Assembly: GCA_913774795.1 (NCBI GenBank)
Contig: CAJYIL010000166.1
Span: 1 to 24,334, forward strand
Origin: Pseudobdellovibrionaceae bacterium
Lineage (GTDB): Bacteria > Bdellovibrionota > Bdellovibrionia > Bdellovibrionales > JAMPXM01
Reading direction: 5' to 3'
Length of the DNA stretch: 24,334 nucleotides
Positions 22,546 through 24,334 of the stretch are shown in pieces. Under the pieces are notes generated by a model. That model was given only the letters and a program-made list of their open reading frames with translations. It ran no database searches and had not been told where the DNA came from. Within the stretch, counting starts at the first letter, position 1. The number at the start of each line of letters is the position of its first letter. A program made the position numbers and the translations under genes.

Positions 22546-24334
22546 TTGAGACTTTTCAACCTGGATTTGCTGAAGTTTGCGATCGTTCCTCTCGTTCTCA
22601 CTTGCGCAAGTGCGTCATTGTACGCGCAAGAGCCTACTGAATCTGCGGCCCACTCCGAAACTCAAGAATTATCGACTCCAGATCGTGAACCTGCCCAAGG
22701 CACTGGCCAGACAAGAGCGCAAAGCCGCGCTCGTGGCGCAGCGGTGCGTGCGCGTAACGCCGCTCGACGCTCGGCTCGTGCAGCGGCAGCTCCGGCCGCC
22801 GCACCTGTCGCTAACCTCCGCATCGGAAAAATCTCGATTCGCGGCAATAAGAAAATCGAAGCCGATGCGGTCGCCGCGCGCCTTGTGAGTAAAGCGGGCG
22901 ATGAGTACGCGGCGGAGAAAGTTCGCGCCGACGTCGAAGCACTTTTCAAAACAGGTTACTTCTACGATGTTCGCGTCGATCGCGAAGTGGCGGGCGGAGA
23001 AGCGAATCTCATCATTACGCTTGTCGAAAAGCCGTCGGTGATCGAGATCAACTATTCGGGTAACTCCGAAGTCGACACCAAAGATCTGCAAGACGCTGCG
23101 TCCCTGAAGACGTTCGAAATTTTGAACATGAACAAGGTTCGTGAAGCCCAGGAGAAAATCCAGAAGCTCTACGAAGACAAAGGTTACTTCCTGGCTCGCA
23201 TCACTCCTCGAGTCGAGGCCGTCGGGACCACGGGTGAGAGCGTTAAGCTCACGTTTGACATCCAAGAAAACGACAAAGTCAAAGTGAAGCGCGTGACCAT
23301 TCTCGGTAACCGCAACATTCCTGACCTGCGCATCAAAGGCGCGATGCAAACTCAGGAGGGAGGCTTCTTTAGCTTCATCTCGGGTTCAGGCTCGTACAAA
23401 CAAGACGCCTTCGATCGCGACGTTCAGCTCGTTCAGTACATGTACTTCAACGAGGGCTACGTTCAGGTGAAAGTGGACCGCCCGCAGGTCTATGTCACGC
23501 CCGATAAGAAGGGTATCTACATCACGTTGCGGGTGGAAGAAGGCGATCGCTTTAAGGTCGGTCAAGTCGACTTCGCGGGCGATCTTTTGTTTGATCGCGA
23601 CGATCTTTTCAACTCCATCGAGATCGACGGCAGCGGTTGGTACATGCACGAGACCTTGCTCAAGGACTTGCGCAACCTCCAAGCGAAGTACGGTGATTTG
23701 GGCTACGCGTACGCCAACATCATCCCTCGCACGCGCATCCGCGAGAAAGATCGCGAAGTCGACATCACATTTGAAATCGACAAAGGGAACAAAGTTTACT
23801 TCGGACGTTTAAATGTCGTTGGCAACTCGAAGACCCGCGATAAAGTCGTTCGCCGCGAGCTCGCGATCAAAGAGGGCGAGCTCTACAACGAAACTCGCAA
23901 ACGCGAATCGCTTGAAAACGTAAAGCGTCTCGGCTTCTTCGACGAAGTTCAATTCAACTCATCGACTCCGGCCGAGAACCCAGATTTGATGGACGTCGAC
24001 ATTCTCGTAAAAGAGCGCAACACCGGATCGATCCAAGTCGGCGCCGGTTACTCGACGTACTCGAATTTTATTTTCAACGGGCAGGTCAACCAGACGAACT
24101 TGTTCGGTAAGGGACAAAGACTTGGCGTTTCGATCGACTTCTCGTCGAACCAGTCGTTGTTCAACTTCAACTTCACCGAGCCTTACTTCCTCGACACTCT
24201 CTGGTCAGTCGGCTTCGATGCCTACCAGTCGCAGCGTAAACTCACCCAGTATACCGAGACTAAAAAGGGTGGCGCGATTCGCGTGGGCCACCCTCTCGCT
24301 CCGTTCTTAAACGGCTTCATTCGTTACAAGCTTG
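22546..24334 (+). CDS. bamA: Outer membrane protein assembly factor BamA (partial, runs off the window)
   Basis: Missing from the supplied ORF track because it has no stop in the window. TTG 22546 with an AGGA SD, and signal peptide MRLFNLDLLKFAIVPLVLTCASASLYA. Five POTRA starts (ISIRGNKKI, INYSGNSEV, VTILGNRNI, VDFAGDLLF, LNVVGNSKTRDKVVRRE) precede the barrel start KERNTGSIQVGAGYS. Confidence 0.97.
   Translation, partial: MRLFNLDLLKFAIVPLVLTCASASLYAQEPTESAAHSETQELSTPDREPAQGTGQTRAQSRARGAAVRARNAARRSARAAAAPAAAPVANLRIGKISIRGNKKIEADAVAARLVSKAGDEYAAEKVRADVEALFKTGYFYDVRVDREVAGGEANLIITLVEKPSVIEINYSGNSEVDTKDLQDAASLKTFEILNMNKVREAQEKIQKLYEDKGYFLARITPRVEAVGTTGESVKLTFDIQENDKVKVKRVTILGNRNIPDLRIKGAMQTQEGGFFSFISGSGSYKQDAFDRDVQLVQYMYFNEGYVQVKVDRPQVYVTPDKKGIYITLRVEEGDRFKVGQVDFAGDLLFDRDDLFNSIEIDGSGWYMHETLLKDLRNLQAKYGDLGYAYANIIPRTRIREKDREVDITFEIDKGNKVYFGRLNVVGNSKTRDKVVRRELAIKEGELYNETRKRESLENVKRLGFFDEVQFNSSTPAENPDLMDVDILVKERNTGSIQVGAGYSTYSNFIFNGQVNQTNLFGKGQRLGVSIDFSSNQSLFNFNFTEPYFLDTLWSVGFDAYQSQRKLTQYTETKKGGAIRVGHPLAPFLNGFIRYKL

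Noticed and set aside
22669-23349. 226-aa minus-strand ORF, and other long antisense or alternate-frame ORFs (for example 1436..2059, 4792..5292, 15831..16352, 17741..18232)
   Set aside because: They lie wholly or almost wholly opposite well-supported genes, have no recognisable motifs or SD, and are the expected shadow ORFs of biased codon usage.
1-24334. CRISPR arrays, tRNA, rRNA, SRP RNA, tmRNA and IS elements
   Set aside because: No regularly spaced repeats or diagnostic RNA motifs were seen. The intergenic gaps are short (305 nt or less) and were read individually.

Overview
A gene-dense, mostly housekeeping window, probably from a Bdellovibrionota or deltaproteobacteria-like genome (inferred from gene content and synteny, not from a database search). 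In order: a partial DUF2799-like ORF, trxC, an unknown 408-aa secreted protein with a strong terminator, rsgA, a secreted alpha/beta hydrolase, a minus-strand block (class V aminotransferase, serA-like dehydrogenase, purA, atypical SDR), lptE-holA-PilZ, rpsT, murJ and a SAM methyltransferase, mazG-TVP38/DedA-small Cys-rich protein, 7TM-HD phosphohydrolase and ybeY, a reverse-oriented pair (membrane-anchored HNH nuclease and small membrane protein), prfB with its +1 programmed frameshift, lolC/E-lolD, and a bamA truncated by the window end. I found no rRNA, tRNA, CRISPR array, transposase or integrase. The best novelty candidate is a leader upstream of rsgA: a 17-codon uORF with a strong SD, followed by an anti-SD that can pair with either the rsgA SD or the uORF SD. 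Next are the TM-HNH plus membrane-protein pair between ybeY and prfB, and a small exported protein with symmetric C-x6-C-x10-C-x9-C-x10-C-x6-C spacing. All functional interpretations of these three are inference and untested.
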